Positions 13,131-27,375 are shown, counted from the stretch's first letter. The stretch: 64,000 nucleotides of DNA from Bigelowiella natans CCMP2755 (GCA_000320545.1 ADNK01000005.1:8613-72612), one strand, 5' to 3'. Made by a program: numbers and translations. Notes: a model not told the origin generated them from the letters alone.

Positions 13131-13880
13131 ATTTCGGATCGGGTCCAGACTTTTGGATACTGCAATACACATTTTAATCCATTTTTTTAGGTTATTCTTT
13201 CGATAAAATATGCTACTACGCTATGAGTATGCCGTGTCCATGCCTTGAGCAGAATGCGATACAGCAGCTGCACCTTTGAGGCAAAGAATTTCCCTTTGAA
13301 TATCCTATTTTCTCCTCTCGGAAGTGGCTTCCTCTTCTCTTAAACGATACTTCTATGGCGACAATCAGCACATCATGTCACAATCCTGAAATGCATCGTA
13401 TTTTTATCTACTTCGTAAGTCGACCGCTTTGGTTACCAACCCAGCGACAAGAAGTTCGGAGAAAGTATTGGAAATTCTAACTGGGATGACGGGATAATGC
13501 CATGAAAGGATAAAATCGCCTAAAAAAAGCTACATGCGTCAACAACTTGCTCGAACTCGGGTTGCCATACTCTTTCGGTAGCCCTCCCCTTCCCATTCAG
13601 AAATTGCTTTCTTGTATGATCCATGTATCACTTCGCCTATGCCTGATTTTGGGGTTTATGTGTATCTTGAAGTTGCGGAATTTCATAGAATATTAAAGGC
13701 AAATTCAATTTCATAGCATAAAAAAATTCTATTTCGTAGTAATCTCTCGAGCGGAATTCGATCACCGTTTTGCAATAAGAGACTGCCCAAATTTGACTTG
13801 GATTCGTTCCTTTCCAGGGCTGTCCAAAGTATTTTCCGCAACTGGTGTTTTGAGGGGGTTTCAAAATAGCTAAGCAAAGG
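13131..13880. promoter_or_regulatory. Putative bidirectional promoter region (may include upstream exons of the minus-strand gene)
   Basis: Head-to-head spacer without microsatellites. Confidence 0.45.
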
Positions 13881-16203
13881 ATGGAAGCAGAGAAGGAGCA
13901 AGAGAGAAGCGAGTCCCGAGGAACCGACGGACGTAGCAACCTCGGAAGTACTAGCAGTATAATGTCTCGATCCCCAATGGCTGTTGATGAAAATGAAGGC
14001 AGGAAACAGAAGGTTCGTAAACAATTCGTATCAGAGCTGGAATTTCTGAGTAGTCCGGTGCGTATTATCAATTTAGACTCCACCAAGTGACGATCACGGG
14101 AATAAGACAACAGAAACTCCGAAGAAACAGAAACTTTGGTATCCATCGAGTTTCTCTGCCCCATAACACCCTACATTTCCCTATTTTGGTATTGTAGTAT
14201 TTTCCTTCGTTCCTCGTCTTCTCATTCCCGAAAACAGTGTCTGAATCAAAGACAACTTTCGATTATCTTTTTATGCTGAGTGGTTGCTGCCATAAGCAAG
14301 AATGTTGATATCGTAATCTGATCTCTCTTATTTTCCCCACCAATTTTGCAAAGTTCTACAGTAGTAAAATCTCCTGCCCAACGCTTGTCATCTGCTCCAC
14401 TTGTAGAAGTATTTACCTTCACTATTGAGGCTTTTCCAGAAAGTCTCTCCCTCCCCAGATTGGTGAATAATCCATATCAAAACATATACTACTATATGTG
14501 CAGCATGAAGAGTAGAGTTGCGATGCAAATTTGGATCTTGAACGCAGAAACAATGAGAGGATACCAAAAAGTCGTTTCTGTTGGTCTACCTGCTCTTATT
14601 TATCGTCGTTATGTTCGTTATATATCATGCGGGGGTGTTCAAAGTCCCTCGTTTGCAAGTCCTGGAATACGGTTGCTCGAAACCCAAACCTTTGGATGAT
14701 AGCTTACACTACGAGGTAAGTGAGGAAGGGGCGACGGGGAACGAATCACATCGAAATTATGGAGTCCTTGCCAATGTGGGAGGAGGGAGGGGAGGGAGAG
14801 AAGGATGATATGTAAATACATTCCTGCTTTATTTTTTTCTATCCCCACCACCCAACAGATTTCCACGTGCCTTTAAACTAAGTCTGAAGAAGCTCCGTGA
14901 GGAGACCGCTGATGAGTCTAAAGGAGGCAAAAAATCAAAGGGGGATGATAAGAATACCGACAGTGATGATATGAAAATAAAAATAGACGGCAGCGGGAAA
15001 GAAGCGAGGAATAGCAGCACAGAGGGAGGGACAAGCACGCAAAGTGGCAGTGGCGGTAGTAGCATGGAGACGGAGGGGGAAACTACAGAGGAGACAGAGG
15101 AGAAGTTGGGCGGTGAAGAAAGCGATGTAAGCGACAGTGAGGAAAAGGAAGAAGAAGAACTTGATAAAATGCCCCCAGCAACACCAGCGGAAATCCGAGT
15201 CATCATGGTCTCCAAACACAACCCATGAGGGGTGGGGGGAAGGGGGGGGAGGATATGAAATTATTTTAATAAGGGCGGATGAAAAATACGAAATTTTAAA
15301 TTTGCTAGAAATGGTGGTGGCTACTAGGAAGGGGGGCAAGCGATGATGATTCGGTTTGATGGAGCAGTAAATTATATACAGTACACTGCCCTAATAATCA
15401 ATATACTTAATGATGTTTTCATGCTCTTCTTCTTTTCAGAGATCCTCCAATGCACGTACACGCGTCGAAACACTCACAAAACAGGTATCACGCTTTCTTC
15501 TTTCCCCCCCCTGTCTTATTCCTTCCTTTTTGTATTGAGCTTTCACACATCACAAACAATGATCGGTCACTGCCATCTAATCCCATACCATGAGATGCTA
15601 ATTACCCAAATCTGCGAGTTCTTGAAATCGTCCAATGCCCCCCCCCCCCCGAGAGAGTACTGACAAAGAAATTGCACACAGGCTCTGATATATAAGAAGG
15701 CTGCACGCCATGTGGAGGAGATGCGCCAAAAGGGAAACGAGAAGTAAAACAAAGCACACGAAGCTTCAATAAAAATGATGTTGATGTTGATTTGATCATC
15801 ACCAACATCATCCTTATCATTAACAGTATCATTATGATCTTACAGTCTATCTCCACCTCCTCCTCTCCTCCTCCTCCTATTAACTCGACTACTATTTCCA
15901 TCGCTCTACTGCTGGTGGTGGTATCGTACAGATTCAAGGAGGGGAAATTGGAAGATGCGCTGCGTACATACCATGACGGATTTGAGCGCGGAGAGAAAGC
16001 ACTCACGTAAGGAATGGAGAAGGGGGGGGAAGGGAGGTTGAGGAGCGGATCTTATCACCAACAATGTTCCTGATTGTTGAAAAGAAGAAGAAGAAGATGA
16101 TGATGATGATGACAACGATGATGATGGTGATCATGAAAGTGCAGCATTAAAAGCAGAACATCGCCTATATGGATATATGTATGTAATATATTTGTATTGT
16201 GTG

Positions 16204-16247
<44 letters not shown>

Positions 16248-16716
16248 GGTCTAGTCGTAGCAATGATACGTGCAGAGGCACCATGGAGAGTGAGTGAATT
16301 TATCAGATGTTATTCCTGCTACCTGCTGCCACTGTGTCGTTTCAGGACAAATCGTGTTCTTTAACCACCATCATCGCATGTATTCTTGGGGATGTTGCTG
16401 CTATTTTGATGCACAGCAGATATTTGTAGCAGCAGCAGTAGTAGTAGTAGTAGTAGTAGTAGTTGTGAATATTAGTAGCAGTATGTGGTGTCATCACTTC
16501 ATCATTATCACGATGTTGGTCGCCGTTCCCTAATGTTTCTGATCTCCTCTTCCCACTTCCTTCGGTGTTTGGACTGTAAAAAGATAACGCTCGTAATGAA
16601 GGATAGGAGTGCTTTCGCATTGCTGTACGTTGGCTTTGTGCGAGAGGGGGGGTGGGGTGGGGGGATATTGAAAATATAAATTTAGATATTTGCCGTCAGT
16701 GACGGTATACTACGGG

Positions 16717-16749
<33 letters not shown>

Positions 16750-17930
16750 TGTCTGTTGTGTTGTTTGAGTGTTGCGCTATCTGTCTGAGGTAGGCTGTTT
16801 GTTTGTCCCCCTCCTCCTCCTCCTCCTCATTATCATCATCAGCTTTGGAGAGCTCAATAGAAAGATACAGAAAAGAATTCGCCAGGCTTTACAACATGTC
16901 CTCCTCCTCCTAATCCTTTTCCTCAAAACGCACAATAAAATCGAAGGGATCCAACAACTGCATGCATACATGCAGAGAAAATACAACGACAGAATGAACT
17001 TATGTCCCCTCTTTTTTTATTTCGGCCCCTCCTCCTCCTCCTCCTCCTCCTCATCTTTCTCCTCTTCCCACTTCTTTATGTGGCCAACCACGTGATATTA
17101 TTATCATCCATCGTGTGTTGTCGTCGTCATCGTCCTCAGGTCATCCCACGCATCAGTCTTGTGCGACACTCAGACGTTCCAGTGGAGGGGGTGGGAGTCG
17201 GTATACATACACAATAACAACACTGATACGTAGTACGACACACGACTTGCTGCAGCAATGAATGACAAGGGGGGGGAGGAGGAGGAGAAGGAGGAGGAGG
17301 AGGAGGAAACAGGGGAGAGAGAGTGTATAGCTGCTGGTCATCAACATCTTCGATTGTCCTCATCATTGCCCTCCTTGTATGGGGAGAAAACAGATGCTCA
17401 CCAATGTCTTTGATATCATCACTGCCTTCCTCCTCCTCCTCAGCATCATCATCTTCTTCTTCGTTATCGTCATTATCATCATCATCACCATTCATTTCAT
17501 CGCTTCTATATAATGTGATGAGCAGGCACCATTCTTAGATCAAACCGTGACATGGGCGGCTCGATATTCGACGACTCCTCCGTTATTCTCTACCAGCATG
17601 AGCGTGGCGAAGTAGTAGAAACAACATCAATCATCATCAATTATCCGATGATACCTTCGTCGTCGCCACGACACCATAATTTACGTGGAAGTCACACTTT
17701 TTTTTGAGCCGTGCAACAGGAAAAACGCTATGTATTGACGCAGAACAGCATATCTATCATTTTTGCAATTTCCTATCAGTTGTTTTGAGAAAACAGATCA
17801 ATAGAAAAGGGGAGGGGAGAGAGAGAGAGAAGGAGAGAAAGGAAGAGCATTAGAGAAGAAATATCTGTTGTTATTCCTCCTCCTCCTCCTCCTCCGTGTG
17901 TCATTAAATGTGTGTATGTCGTTCATCGTC

Positions 17931-17965
<35 letters not shown>

Positions 17966-18087
17966 GATTACTGCATGTTGCTGCATTCAAAGGGTTGCCA
18001 AGGTATCGTCCTAAACAAACGTGCGACGATGCCAGACGGAAAGACCAGACGAATGGGAGGTGGGTTTGTGTAAAACTCTGAACATAT

Positions 18088-18120
<33 letters not shown>

Positions 18121-18238
18121 AGAAAATAGTGAGTAGCAGTTGTAGTAGCAGGGTGGATGAAAAAGCAGCTGTAATCTATCCTGTGACTCCATTTTGGCGT
18201 ATTCTGATGCTGCTGCTGCTGCTGCTGTTTCTGCCATT

Positions 18239-18273
<35 letters not shown>

Positions 18274-18496
18274 CATCACCAGGTCCTGTGGATCCAACAA
18301 GCGAAGTGTATCTACATAACGTACCCGATCTACCGGATGCAAAACGTGTCATGGAGGGCGTTTACTGGGGGGGGGTAAATACTTCATAAGCCATGAGAAA
18401 AGTGTCGCTGATTTGCAGTTATTGATTGAAATAGATTCTAGTGCTAATGGAAGGTGCTCTTTCTGTCGCCCCCACCCCCCCATGTAGTATATATTG

Positions 18497-18531
<35 letters not shown>

Positions 18532-19165
18532 CAGGATATCGAAGAAGCAAAGAGGCGGGAGGGAGCAAGAATCGAAACTTTCTACGGCTACGCTGCATGG
18601 TTTGATGGTATTATTATCCGTAATCATTGCTGTTGTTGTTGTTGTTGTTGTTGTTGTTGTAACTTCTGGGCGAGATTAGTCTCCCTTTGATACTTATGAT
18701 AAGATTAGAATATCTGATAATGAACGTTTCTTTCGTGTTGACTCGTCGTATGTCAAGCTCGTTAACATGTTACCGACACTAGCAATTCTGCGACGATGCT
18801 AACCGTCGTTGTCGTCGTCGTCGTCGTTGTTGTTGTTGTTGTTGTTTCTGTTGCATGCTGCTTCCGTGCACTGCCTACCTACGTACAGGCCAACTCGATG
18901 GCGAGATACGTAACGAAGATTGGACTTGGACGAACGACGTAGATTAATCGAAATTTTAAGCGAAAATAAATAATGATTCTGCCTGTCCTTTGGCGCGGCT
19001 AGCACCACAGAAATCATCAGTGCCATTACTGGGACCTTTATAGTTATATAATACACACACTCATATGGAGGACGAGCATGATATTCGTTAGAGTGAGGCC
19101 TGAAGTGACTATACAAGTTGTATTCTGCGGGTCTTTTTTCCTTCCTGGCGTGTCTCTGCAACACA

Positions 19166-19203
<38 letters not shown>

Positions 19204-19451
19204 GCATATATTAAGACCGTGATGAATCAAGGAGAGCCTGAGTGTGCCTTTTGCAGGTTACTGCAGATATTGTGTTCAGCTCCAACAACGACGCAACGAT
19301 GAGGGTTGGGGAAGAGGCAAAACGGGGGAGCTCGGAGGGGGGCACGGACGAAAAAGTAGTCGATGGTGAGGACGAAAAAGGTGTCCACGGAGGGCTAGAT
19401 GATAACCACGACAAGGATGACAATGAGGATGATGTAAAGAAGGTGAAATAG
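13881..19451 (+). CDS. F-box-like / TPR / DUF179 (YqgE/AlgH) domain protein, multi-exon
   Basis: SLVCKSWNTVARNPNLW (~14645-14697, second half of an F-box motif); EEMRQKGNEKFKEGKLEDALRTYHDGF (15715-15985, TPR); VGTILRSNRDMGGSIFDDSSVILYQHERGEGCQGIVLNK...GGPVDPTSEVYLH...AKRVMEGVYWGG...FYGYAAWFDGQLDGEIRNEDW (17190-18930, DUF179). Stop TAG at 19449-19451. Confidence 0.78.
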
Positions 19452-19634
19452 AAGCACCTGCTACGGCATACACAGTGTGAGAACAACGTAGAACGGTGAA
19501 TGTAAACTTTCACCGCCATAGCTGCACTCCAGGTATGCATAGCGACAGCATTTATAAAGGGCATATCGGCTGCGCTGCAGAGCAATGGTTGATGGCAAAT
19601 ACTTGATGATCGCGCTCTAAGAATAATGTACATA

Positions 19635-19714
19635 TGAGACGGATGTAATGTATTGATTAAATCTTTCCAGTGGTCATCCTGATGTAGCTGTGCAAAGCTA
19701 CGGGTACAGCGCTT
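19635..19714 (-). repeat. ~85-bp repeat, copy B
   Basis: TGAGACGGATGTAATGTATTGATTAAATCTTTCCAGTGGTCATCCTGATGTAGCTGTGCAAAGCTACGGGTACAGCGCTT is a diverged reverse complement of copy A. Confidence 0.85.
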
Positions 19715-20068
19715 GTGTTATGTCTATTTGTTTCTGCCATGCACGATGTGTTTCGTGCATGCCGAAAGCGCACTTTGGCGGTCAATGATGTCGTGCATTG
19801 CGCACAGCAGTTCTTTCCTCTTTTTCGGTGTCAATAATTAGCAGCTTTGTCTCGTCGTTGCGGTCCATGATGGCGCTCAATTGGTTGTAGCGCATTGTGC
19901 ATATAACTTACAATGCGCTAGCGAGCAGCATCATAGCTCTACTACATGAAGCAAATGCAAACTTTAAATCGCATCATAGCGTGCTGTGAATCATGCAAAG
20001 AGGAAAATGTATTCAAAGAAGGCGTCACATCTAGCTAGCTAGACATGCTGCATAGAATAGCGCATAAG

Positions 20069-20147
20069 GAGACGGATGTAGTGAATGTTTTAATTATTTC
20101 GCATTGTCATCCTAATGTAGCTGCACAATGCTGCGGCTACAGCGCTT
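20069..20147 (-). repeat. ~85-bp repeat, copy C (direct repeat of copy B, ~434 bp downstream)
   Basis: GAGACGGATGTAGTGAATG...GTCATCCTAATGTAGCTGCACAATGCTGCGGCTACAGCGCTT. Similarity to B extends ~25 nt further (TTTGTTTCWGCCAT). Confidence 0.8.
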
Positions 20148-20564
20148 TAATTGTATCTGTTTGTTTCAGCCATCATGTGCAACATGCATTACAATTTGCT
20201 GCTACGTTTCGAGGGGCTACAGCGGCAGACTTGGGTGAAGCTGTACGTTCAAGTTTAATGAGAGTGCGGTTTATATGACGGTTACAGAAAGAATTTGGCA
20301 TGCTGGCTTTATCTATAATGGAGAGAGCTTTGACACATGTACTGCTACGTACAAACACATGCCATCTATTTAGACATAAAATAGCAGACTGTGATCATGA
20401 TTTCCCATGACAAAAGTTTTCAGAGTCCATTGATCAAGTTGATCGCAGAGAACATCAGTGACAAACAAGTTGGGTGAGCAATATGGTTTTATCACAGCAG
20501 GCAACTATCCAATTCATTAGACTGCTGAATTTTGTATCCGTAGATGATATCGATCTCATTATCA

Positions 20565-20757
20565 TCAAACAGCTTTCGGGTTAGTAGTAGTGCTCATAGA
20601 ATCGGAGTTGAAAATATCATTAGCTGTCTCGAGGTCATCCTATACCATGTAAAAGAGAATGAGGTATTCCCCCACGTATTGAGCAGTTACTATTAGAGAC
20701 GATTGCTTCAAAATAGTGAGGAGGTAAGTTGGGGAGCGTTTCCGTATTGAAGTTATC

Positions 20758-20796
<39 letters not shown>

Positions 20797-21188
20797 CAAC
20801 AACAACAACAAACAAATATAACCATGGCCCGTCCTCTCGTCACAATCTTAATAATTAATACCGTGAAAATCGCCTTTTCGTATTGATCTTTGATATGGAC
20901 GTAAGACGCATCAGCACCGGTAGAGCTGCGCCCACGGATTTTTAGCGCGCTCAGTCGATTCTTGTAACGATCCTCCTGATCCAACTGCACGCCTAAGCAA
21001 CGAGATGAGTATGAGTATGGTGGTGAGAAATCGCGTCATTATCATCATCATCATCATCATCGTCGTCGTCGTCGTCATCATCTTCACTCATTGCTAATTG
21101 GAAGGACCGCACCACATCAACAAAATTCAAACAACTAGTCAACAATGAGAGGGGAAACCAGACACACAGGTCTACTCTCTCTGTATGT

Positions 21189-21223
<35 letters not shown>

Positions 21224-21351
21224 TATCATCACCATCTCTCTCCACAATTGGCGGACCGTCTACCATTGCTTGTGGCACGATATCCTGGGAATGCGGTTGG
21301 TATGCATATAAGTGTGATGGTGGTTTTGGAGTAGCAGTGGTAGTAGTAGTC

Positions 21352-21382
<31 letters not shown>

Positions 21383-21572
21383 AAGTAATAGCAGTGGCGA
21401 TGGTTGAAAGAATTGTGACGTCATCATACATACATACATACATGCATACATACATACATACATTTGATCTGGTCGCCATCAAAGGCGCCGAGACCTCGAA
21501 CGTATTGCCCGAGCTCACAAATTCCTGTTGATTATTATTAGTTTGTTTCGAGTGGAACGTGTGAGACTTTGA

Positions 21573-21610
<38 letters not shown>

Positions 21611-22013
21611 ACCACCACCACCACCACCACCACCACCACCACCACCGACAACTATTCATCATCCGGATAAGTCATCGTGAACGTCAGAATGGTAAACACA
21701 TGATGTAATCATCACTGTCAAAGCTTAATTCTGTTACGGTATCTTCCCTTGGCATCGCCTCTTTTAGCAGTAATTAACAAAAACTAAAGACCAATGTTCC
21801 TGCTCTACTTCTTCTTCTTCTTCCTTATCTTCATCTACTAATACTAATGATGATGATGAACAACACAGGTCCCTTTATACTGCCAACTACCTCCCCCATC
21901 AAAGTTTGAATTCTGTCAATCCCAGCATCCTCAGCGTCCCTTGTAACACACATGTGAAGAATATGCATATTTGTCATGAGAACTGGTATATATAAGATAT
22001 ATTATGTGAGTGA

Positions 22014-22049
<36 letters not shown>

Positions 22050-22710
22050 GTGTGCGTGTGTGTTTTGTGGAATATAGGTATTACAAAAAATTTGTGTGTT
22101 TTTCGATAATAAATTGAAGTATATGAACAATTGCCATCTGCAAGCAGAGCATGAAGGAGTTCTCGATTTTCCTCCCTCCCCCCCCCCCCCTCTTCCATTT
22201 CTCCTGTCCTTACTCTAACATGTGGCCTGTGGAAGTACTGTTCTTATTCAGCCGCCGCCGGTGATGATGAGCACTTGAAGGCGATGCTTTTGATGACCTC
22301 GATGATGGTGAGGAGGAGGAGGAAGACGACAAGTGTTGCTCCTTTCCTCTATTCTTCGTGTCTTCAGCTCGTCTTCCCTTCCCAACAGCTTTAAATGACA
22401 TGGATCGAGAGTCCTTGCTGTGAGGGGATGAGAAGGATGAGGAGAGTGAGAAGAAGAAGAAGAAGAAGAAGACGATGATGATGATGATGAAGGAGGAGGA
22501 TGGAATATTGAGATCAGTTGATAATGAAAAGTAGACGGGTACTTTAGAAATAAATCAATATAGAAATATCTAGGGAGGACGCAAAACACCGACGAAGATT
22601 TCTCTTTCTGCACATGATGATGATGATAAAAGGGAGAATCCGCCCATGCTATGGCTGCTATGGATTGAGAACATGATGTTGATGAGGATAATCATGATGA
22701 TAATAATAAT

Positions 22711-22743
<33 letters not shown>

Positions 22744-23006
22744 TCTAACAACAATTTCATTGGAGAGGGGAATGCGTTGCACCTAAACTTGGAAAACATA
22801 GCAGAAGAGTTCCGGCCAACCGTTCCAGCCGTGGGGGGATTCAGCAGCCGAGATAGGGCCATCAACGCCTCGCTCTGATGGCCATTTGTCTGATCATTAT
22901 AGCAATTCATGTGCGTGTGCGTCTCATAGTATTTTCAGAATTTGTACTAGATGTTCTTGAAATGAATTTCCAACACCAACCTATACAATAGTAGTGTAGT
23001 AGTAGT

Positions 23007-23045
<39 letters not shown>

Positions 23046-23053
23046 CACACAAG

Positions 23054-23091
<38 letters not shown>

Positions 23092-23721
23092 AACCCATGT
23101 ATTACTTGACTACTTTACGTACATTGAACAACACTATTTTTACTACTATTATTATAACATTATGATCACTATTGAAACACCTGGCACTACCACTAACACT
23201 ACTACTCCTACTACTACTGCTACTACTACCGGAAATTCCATTGGGTGGGGAAGACCTTCTGATAGATGGTGGAGTTGTTGCGGTGAAAGAATTGCCTCCT
23301 GCACACCACCACTAGCGGCAGCAGCTTCCCCGGTGCTATGGTGTTGCTGGTAATGAGGTGCTTCCTCACCTGCCGTCGTATTCATACGAGAAAAGGGAGG
23401 AGGTCCTCCCCCTGCTGCAGCTGCCGCTGCTGGCTCACCGCCCCTCCCCATATAATTATAGCCTCCAAGACTTGGCAATGGCGGTAAAGCTAACGGCATG
23501 CTCGAGGAAGAAGACGACGATATGGGGGGGGAGAAACCTGGAGGAGAGATGATACGGTTGGTGCCGCCCCCCATCATTCTTCTTCTTTCTTCTCCTTCTC
23601 CCGTCAGGAGGGGTAGCTCGTTACCGCTTCGCGCAGGAGGGGCAGCAGCATCTCCATATGACATCTCCTAACATAATGACAACACAACTAAAATAAAGAA
23701 GCGACATGGAGAGCACGCATG

Positions 23722-23757
<36 letters not shown>

Positions 23758-24076
23758 CATGGTACTAAATGTTTATATGTGCGTGCATTCGTCGCTACCG
23801 AGCTACGGTGATGCCCAAGGCGATAAGAGGCACCACCACCTGTGGGGAAAGGAGGAGATGGGAATCAGGGAGCAGTATGAGAGGAGGAGGACTTTATAGG
23901 GTGGGTGTAGATCAGCTGGGCGTGACGCACACACACACACACAAACACACACTACCTAAGATAGCGCTTTCGTCTATCGCTGGTACGTAGCGACCGCCAC
24001 CTGAGGAACGTGAGGGATGTGTGTGTGTGTATGTGTGTGTGATAAGTTTCTTCTCTTCCTTTATTATTTAATATCA

Positions 24077-24118
<42 letters not shown>

Positions 24119-26800
24119 CAGCACACCACTAATTGTTTTCTCTTCTAGTTGGTTCAAGGGCGCGTTATTGTTCGCATGATATCAACAACACGATGCTCCT
24201 CCGCTTCTAATCTGCCCCCCTCCCCCCCCCCTTTTAAGTTACCAAGAGGGGTGGAGTGAACAGGTGAATAGCGTTCGTGGGCGTCGTAGTAAACCACCTG
24301 TGGAGCAGAAGAGGCAAGGGAAGAGAGGAGGAGGAGTATGGGAGGTTATTGAGAAAAGCCAAGGAAGAAATGAAGTAGGTCTCTTTCCCTTATTCTTGCT
24401 GTTACTAGCCTCCTCCCGTCATCGTCGTCATGTGCAATCCACTAAATCTCTTCTCTTATCATTACTATCACTATCATCATCCTCATCCTCATTATCCTTA
24501 ACATCATCGAAATGTTATCACCTTGGCCTTTTTAGGTCCTCCCTCCGTAGTATTGCTCATGGTCTTCGTACCATTGTTGGTCTTGATCTTCGTACCGTTG
24601 TTGGTCTTGATCTGCTCCGATTTAGTGACACCAACCTCTTCTCCTTCTTTCTTGGGCGTCGTCTGCTGCTCCTTCTTCCCCTCGAGCGACGTGCTCGATG
24701 GCGAAGAAGAAGAAGAAGAAGAAGAAGAAGAAGAGTTCTTCTTGTCCTCTTCCTTATTTGGGTACAGCATGGTTGTGGCCGTTGGCGGCTCTTCATACGT
24801 GCAAGGTGCTCCTCCTGGGCCCTCCGCTGCTCTCCTATGGCAGACTCTCATATACACGCCCTCGCAACCATACATTGGATTTACACATGACCGAATTTGA
24901 TGTCCCTGACCGCATTCAACGCTACATGGACCCCATACACCCCATCCACTCGCAGGCACTGCTCTCCCCCCCACCACAGCAGCAGCAACAGTAGCATCAG
25001 GTATTGGGAAGGACCTGAGTTAATAAAACGAAGTGAGCCTTTTCTTTAGTCATGAAATCATCATTGGTCTCTCCTCCGCGGCAGGAGTGACAAGATTAAA
25101 CGGTTTAAGATGAGCAGTAGTAGTTCCCTCTCTCTTCTTCCCCCCTCCTAGTATTACTCTTCATCATCACTTACTACCCCGTGCTGAGAGTACTGTTGGC
25201 TGTCGTGTTCAGTTTCTCCTCCTGCTGCTGATGGTGGTGATGGCTAGAGGAAGCTGCATCACCAGCAGTAATAGGAGGTTTCGATAATGGAGTGCTGCCA
25301 TTGACGTACTCCTTCAGTCTAAGAATCAACAGTAGTACACCGACACCCCAACAAACACCCTTATCACGAATAATTCGTAGCAGCATTTCACACATTCACA
25401 CACTTATGCACTACGTGCATGCGTTTGACTCTGCAGGAACAGCAGCTGTAGCAGCAGCAATGGTAGCATTTGGTAGTGTTGAATATATCAATGTCTACAG
25501 TTTTGATGTCCTGATTGGCTATTCAGCGGATAATTGTTATTTGCCGTTGATATTATAAAAACAGAAAGATATCAACAAAGACAGTAACGACTATCAACAC
25601 ACAAGCAGAGACAATCGTCGATATTGTTATTGTACTGTTCATGAATTAAAAAATGATGTGGAAATAGGTATATTGTACCCTTGAGCCGTACTGCGGAGAT
25701 CGTCGAAATCCCTGTCCTCTGTTCCTGATGAAGATGGTAACCATATTGTGAATCGATATCGACGACGACGAGCGAGTACGTTCACCATGGGGGGGGGGGG
25801 GGGGGAGTGAGGTGGAAAAGATATTAATTATAGAGGCCATGTCGACGAGAGCTAATTCATCTAAGATTTACAAAATGTTTGTAATTCTTGGTTGAACAGC
25901 TTACACTGACCTGAGGCTTTTGCAATGGCCGCAGCGCTTTCCCCAATGTCTAAATTAATTCCAATTCCACGAACTCTCATTAAACATGAATCCACAAATA
26001 TATGATCATCTCTACCACCTTCCTCCTTTCAAAGTATTAACTGCTGTAAATATGTACCTTCGAGTGCTCTGTCTGCTTTTCTCAGCGCCTTATTTCCATG
26101 ATCAGTGGCCTGCGGGATGCTTAAAGGACCCTCAATCTTTGGACCCATATCCTCCTCCGTTGGATCATCGCCTTTTACTGGCGTAACTTTCTTGTCCGAT
26201 TTCTTCTCTTTCTTATCTCCTGGTTTTTCAACATCTTTCTTACTAGCATTCGTGGATGCCTCATCGTTTTTGCTTCCGCCATTTTTCTTCGCTCCAGTAT
26301 CTTCCTTCTTGTTCGCCGCCTCCATGTCGCGGTGAGAGTGATGGGAGGAGGGCTTCGGAGAGGCCGATAGCAAAGTTCCATTCTTACTGTACGGGGGAGT
26401 CTCCGCGTTACCTGCTGCTCCATCTGTCTGATTGTCAGCATGGAGGTTGGTCGCACCGTCTCCATCTTCGAGCTGTACATCGCTTGCCTGGAGCCCAAAA
26501 GCCTTTGCAACCGCAAGGGAATATTTCTAAAGAGAAAAAATGTTAATCTTTGTATTATCGTCTGTTATTTGTATCTTCCATTTGTATTGTTATCTTCTGT
26601 CCCTTTCGCCAAACCCTGATTCTGGTCAAATAAACTAGGCAACAAACCTTGGTCAAAGATGGATCGAACATAGAATCAATTGTGCGGCTTAGTTCTTGTC
26701 TTGCTTCACGGTGCTCAAGCTTTCCGTTTACCCTCATTCCTCTGGCTACGAGAGAGCCCGAAAGAAGGAAGTAGCATGCGACTGCTACCAATTTTTGCAT
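20565..26800 (-). CDS. Secreted, low-complexity protein with one thrombospondin type-1 (TSP1) repeat, multi-exon
   Basis: N-terminal signal-like MQKLVAVACYFLLSGSLVARG. TSP1 motif WGVWGPCSVECGQGHQIRSCVNPMYGCEGVYMRVC (~24945-24840). In-phase exons at ~24300, ~24000, ~23845 and 23667-23230; last exon DDLETANDIF...KAV*. Several middle junctions are uncertain. Confidence 0.62.
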
Positions 26801-27375
26801 GGCGCCCGTAGGAATATCTATGGAATACCTTATTGATTTCCTTATACAAGTCTTTCAAGACTCTATTTCTATATGGAGAGTGAGTACCCACTTCCAGCTG
26901 TGGGGTATCGGTGAGTCTTGAATTGCCTTTGTCAAAGGGGTCAAGGGTAGAGACCAGAGACGTTTAGCGATTACAAGCTAGAATCGTCCCTTGCGACAGC
27001 CTTTTGTGTGTCCCTAACCAATTATTCAAATATTCAAAAAAGTAGAAAAGAAACCCGCTTTTTTCTTTTGGATTCACTTTTTTTTTCGTCATCGTCCACA
27101 GGTTTGACGCAGGCTGATATTTGGCAGCATTTCATCGACATGTGAAATTGTTACGAGATAAATGTCGCATTAGAAAAACGTAGGACTCGTAGACAACATT
27201 TACCATATTTTAATATCGGCAGGTCGGCAGTCGGCAGGGTATTGGATTCCAATGTTGCGGCTGCGACAATACTCTATGCAGCCATAATGCAAAAATCCAG
27301 CCCATTTCTGTAAATTTAATAACTGATCAAAGTCGGAGCAAGCAAATTCTCATTCTAAACTGCGAGCGTGTGATA
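26801..27375. promoter_or_regulatory. Putative bidirectional promoter
   Basis: 575-bp head-to-head spacer between two ATGs. Confidence 0.5.

Larger units (their letters stand above)
19452..20564. other. Convergent intergenic island 2 (CTAG/CATG/TGCA-rich)
   Basis: Lies between two 3' ends, same composition as island 1, and contains two repeat copies. Confidence 0.7.

Noticed and set aside
13637-14164. 175-aa minus-strand ORF
   Set aside because: Antisense to exon 1 of the DUF179 gene, with no recognisable motif.
16880-16895. Possible GC-AG donors (here and at ~20873 on the minus strand)
   Set aside because: Cannot be distinguished from nearby GT donors without transcripts.
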